Below are positions 15,627 through 18,766 of a stretch of DNA of 18,766 nt, piece by piece. Both the position numbers and the translations under genes were made by a program. The stretch spans positions 1 to 18,766 of the forward strand of contig JBIKWQ010000065.1 of the NCBI GenBank assembly GCA_044356215.1, written 5' to 3'. How positions within the stretch are numbered: the first letter of the stretch is position 1; each line of letters starts with the position of its first letter. The notes under the pieces are model-generated. The model was not told where the DNA came from. It worked only from the letters and a program-made list of their open reading frames with translations, and did not search any database. The stretch is from Bdellovibrionota bacterium. Its GTDB lineage: Bacteria; Bdellovibrionota_C; UBA2361; OMII01.

Positions 15627-16634
15627 ATGAGAAAACTTAAAATATTTTTAACTTTATCCGCATTAGCTATCGTTCTGTCGCCTGGTGTGAGCTCAGCGAC
15701 CGACAAATACAAAAAGGACATGATAAGGAGAGCGCAGGCAAATGCGAGTGGGCCCCTAGCAATTAGAAAAATGTTGGATCAAAATAGTCGACTTACGCTC
15801 ATAGACGGCGATCAGTGGGTACGCATAGAAAACGGGAAAGTAGTAAGTGTTTCTACTAACGGCGGCGCGCCAGAAGGTAACAGAGCTTACAAGCCAACAG
15901 GAAACGAGCTGGCATTCTATCCATCAGACCTTACCCTGGTTCAGAATGGAGGTTTCAAGCCCGGCGGCAGAACTAGGGAGAATAATTTCGGCGAGATCCC
16001 TAATCCGCTTTCAAATACGCCTATTACGTATGATCCTAACCACAACTGGGACGATCCCAGAAGCGCTTTAAGTGCCGCTAGTCATCTGCAAGGAACAACA
16101 CTGCTTGTCGAGTACGTTCCTCCAGGAGGTGATCCGCGATACGATAAAAGATCAGCAGTTGTAACAGTTGGAGAGCCGCTACCGCCGGTATTAGAAAAAG
16201 AAGGAGCCTCAATAATTAGAGTGCAAAGGTTGTATAAACAGGTGGCTCTCTATAAGAATCGCGAACCTACGGAGGCGCAGAAGGTAGAAATGGAGGCCAA
16301 AGGGGCGCAGGTACGGGGAAATCTTCAGCAGATTATTTCAGAAGAAGGACTCAACGGAAAATTAGGTGGCAGATACGGGAATGTCGTTGTTCATGCGACA
16401 GACCCAAACACCAATAATACAGTAGTAATTAAAGGTGAGTATCTCGGCTCTTACAGCTACAATTCACCCGAGGGTCTTAAAACAGGAATTAGGGTAAGAA
16501 GCTCGGAGGATGGTCAGCTATATCATATCCCGGAGCCAGATCTGAACTTTGTGGCTTCCGCTAGTAGTGGCTCTGCAACTGAAAATAAAGGTACAAAGTA
16601 TAACCAAGGGAGCGTAATTTATGGGGAAGATTAA
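15627..16634 (+). CDS. Exported hypothetical protein
   Basis: 335 aa; classic signal peptide MRKLKIFLTLSALAIVLSPGVSSA; no Cys; starts 30 nt after the previous gene. Confidence 0.85.
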   Translation: MRKLKIFLTLSALAIVLSPGVSSATDKYKKDMIRRAQANASGPLAIRKMLDQNSRLTLIDGDQWVRIENGKVVSVSTNGGAPEGNRAYKPTGNELAFYPSDLTLVQNGGFKPGGRTRENNFGEIPNPLSNTPITYDPNHNWDDPRSALSAASHLQGTTLLVEYVPPGGDPRYDKRSAVVTVGEPLPPVLEKEGASIIRVQRLYKQVALYKNREPTEAQKVEMEAKGAQVRGNLQQIISEEGLNGKLGGRYGNVVVHATDPNTNNTVVIKGEYLGSYSYNSPEGLKTGIRVRSSEDGQLYHIPEPDLNFVASASSGSATENKGTKYNQGSVIYGED

Positions 16635-16736
16635 TGGTCCCATCAAACCGATCCTTAGTTTCTAAATCGTGAGGCCCAACCAAGTAATCCTCGATGCATA
16701 GGCAGATAGACTTCAGAGGTTGGTTAAACTTAGAGA

Positions 16737-17228
16737 ATGAACCTGCTTCGCTAGTCTTACTGTTGACGAATATTATTTTCGGCCTAGCAGAAAAGCCGTA
16801 TCTCTGCTTCTAGCGATGTTTTTGACGGTTTAGTGTGCGGAGATGTATTTGACGCAGCGAGTAGAGACACCACCTATTGCGCATATGGTGTGACCGCCAT
16901 AGGCCACTGATAGGTCGAAAATTTAGACGTAGCTTCCGGCGACACCCTAAGAAAGCAATCAAGATTACTAGGATGAATTTATTGTTGGATTTGATCCTTA
17001 GCTGCCGAGGCAACTTCAATTGTGTATAACCCCGGGCTGTTCCCGATAGGAAGTAATCCCCTTGATAAGATTAATGAAGTAAAGAAAGCATCTCTTATGC
17101 TTGAAGTTCTTGAAACTCAACCAGATGCCATACAACGAATAGCAGGCGGGCTTCTTAAAGAACTCGATAGTCAAGTAAAGAGAACAAGCAGTGGGCCGCA
17201 GCCGACAATTATTTCAGTAAAGCATTAG
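16737..17228 (+). pseudogene. Possible degraded gene remnant (includes ORF 17022..17228)
   Basis: Protein-like fragments in shifting frames (LVLLLTNIIFGLA; SASSDVFDGLVCGDVFDAASRDTTYCAYG; AAEATSIVYNPG...) separated by stops. Confidence 0.25.
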
Positions 17229-17272
17229 GGCTTATACTGACTATAACCTAAGAAGCGCCGTTTAATTAGTAG

Positions 17273-17456
17273 CATGTTGTTTAATGTTTTGCGTGGGACG
17301 TTATCTGTGGTCGCTTGTGGTTCCCTGATTTCTAGTGAGAGCTCTCGGTGTCTTTTGAGCCCTTCTTTGTGTTAAAAAAATCTCTGGCTCTTCAAAAGTT
17401 ATAACTTTTATCCGATACGATATCCGTTGCGGGATATTTTTTACCACGAAGGGACA
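17273..17456 (+). repeat. Palindromic element family A, copy 4 (with 5' extension)
   Basis: Colinear with 8014-8235; one unit per arm; perfect central palindrome aaaagttataactttt. Confidence 0.9.
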
Positions 17457-17522
17457 TAGTAATTAGTTCATAGATTGTCAAAAAATTTACCGGGATCTGG
17501 AAGCGCTGCTTCATTGGGTCTA

Positions 17523-17629
17523 CCCCCGCTCACTCCTCCTCCCCCGGAATCCTCTGAAACGCGATCGCGTTAGTCTTTGTCTTAAGCGCTGGCTGCGCGT
17601 CAGCTACATACACTGTTAATTCGCGGTAC
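17523..17629 (-). repeat. Direct duplicate of the 3' end of the DinB-like gene (18523-18629)
   Basis: 107 bp with 5 mismatches, offset by exactly 1000 bp. Confidence 0.95.
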
Positions 17630-17840
17630 TTAGCTGCAATCGATCCTCCTAATCTCGGCATTCGCCTTCCTCGTGTTGTTAATGCAGAGCTTGGCTAAGG
17701 AAGTTTTGCCTCGCTTCCTTAACGCGGGTTTAAGCTTAGCTATCAGATTTGTAAGAGGGCCTTTAATCGGAGTGTATAGAAACGCTATTTATGCTACAAT
17801 CTGCCACACGGTCGCGATTTTCTATTCTTAAGGTACCGAT

Positions 17841-18104
17841 ATGAGCAAAATATTATCGTGGGACGAAATTAGGAATCTATACCCTGATCAGTGGGTCGAA
17901 CTTGTGGATTTTGAGTGGGATGAATTTGAATCAGACCCGCGTTCTGGAGTGGTGCGTCGGCAAGCAAAAGAACGTAAAGAACTTCATGGCCAATTCATGA
18001 AAGATCCAGTGGATAATTCAGCAATAGTATTCACTGGAACGATCAAGATACCAGATGGGGCTGTATTTAGCGCGAATTTACATCAGTACGGTGTCAATAA
18101 GTGA
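17841..18104 (+). CDS. Small protein coupled to an aspartyl protease gene (DUF5678-like)
   Basis: 87 aa with LSWDEIRNLYPDQWV; GTGA overlap with the protease; extended -10 TGcTACAAT at 17792-17800. Confidence 0.8.
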   Translation: MSKILSWDEIRNLYPDQWVELVDFEWDEFESDPRSGVVRRQAKERKELHGQFMKDPVDNSAIVFTGTIKIPDGAVFSANLHQYGVNK

Positions 18105-18502
18105 AAAGAGCTTTCAAGTTTGATACGACTAAGCCTCTGCCACTAGTTTTTGCAAAAATTACGGGAAGGAGAAGAACAAGGCCGCTTCGCTTGGTATTTG
18201 ATACCGGCGCGTTTATGACGCAGATTACTACCTCGGTGGTAGAAGAGCTAGGGTATACGGCATTTGATGCGATCAGGCGAATCTCAACGTATGGACCTTC
18301 CGGACCTATTGATGAAGGATACGCTGTTAAATTGGAGTCTCTCGAATTGTTCGGTAAGAACTTTGATGGACTTGTGGTTGCTGCTTATGATTTTAGCAAT
18401 CTTGAAGCAGATGGAATTGATGGGCTCCTTGGGTTCGATGTTATCAAGCAGCTACATCTGGAGATGAATGGGCCGGCAGGCGAGTTGGTAGTTTTTGATT
18501 AG
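18101..18502 (+). CDS. Retropepsin-like (clan AA) aspartic protease
   Basis: LVFDTGA catalytic motif and IDGLLGFD motif; single-lobe size of 133 aa; no signal peptide. Confidence 0.9.
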   Translation: MKRAFKFDTTKPLPLVFAKITGRRRTRPLRLVFDTGAFMTQITTSVVEELGYTAFDAIRRISTYGPSGPIDEGYAVKLESLELFGKNFDGLVVAAYDFSNLEADGIDGLLGFDVIKQLHLEMNGPAGELVVFD

Positions 18503-18529
18503 CGAGCTGCCCCAATCCCCCCCCCCCGC

Positions 18530-18766
18530 TCACTCCTCCTCCCCCGGAATCCTCTGAAACGCGATCGCGTTAGTCTTTGTCTTTAGCGCTGGCTGCGCGT
18601 CAGCAACATACACTGTCGATTCGCGATACCTGTTGTTTACCTGATCTAGCGCCTCCATCAGGGAATCTCTGCGCTTGTCCTCAAAGAGGCTTAATTGGTG
18701 ATTTCCAGCCTCAACTAATCCACCTAAAGCTCTGACTATTACCCACATCTAGCGGTTGTTCTACCT
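18530..18766 (-). pseudogene. 3' end of a DinB-like Y-family DNA polymerase gene, apparently frameshifted near the window edge
   Basis: QLSLF beta-clamp motif, LMEALDQVNNRY and terminal IAFQRIP. An in-frame TAG lies at 18749-18751, while another frame reads VEQPLDVG openly to the window edge. Confidence 0.55.

Noticed and set aside
12783..16071. Short antisense or alternate-frame ORFs over module 3 genes
   Set aside because: No motifs, and they overlap better-supported genes.

Overview
Bacterial accessory region with no rRNA, tRNA, CRISPR array, integrase or transposase that I can recognise. From left to right: two tandem polytopic GT-C-like (ArnT/PMT-type) membrane glycosyltransferase genes on the minus strand, then a patchwork of two kinds of unit. 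(1) Three copies of an uncharacterised secreted-protein module. Each has a conserved small two-cysteine protein (4070-4561, 9193-9675, 12341-12931) directly followed by an MKR-starting exported partner with Gly/Ser/Asn-rich linkers and variable domains (disulfide-rich mini-domains in two copies, a large helical domain in the third). The third module continues with two more exported proteins. (2) Small self-contained cargo units: an AAA+/DUF4143 ATPase, a RelE/HigB-type toxin with HTH antitoxin, a small protein plus nucleotidyltransferase pair, an orphan AbiEi-type antitoxin, and a small protein plus retropepsin-like protease pair. Several appear to have leaderless promoters. The intergenic DNA is a mosaic of dispersed palindromic elements, notably a 130-165 bp multi-stem element in four copies whose two arms co-vary in number of 9-nt units. 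The window ends in the 3' end of a DinB-like Y-family polymerase gene, and 107 bp of that end is duplicated 1000 bp away with mostly synonymous changes. All family assignments are by motif recognition only; no searches were run.
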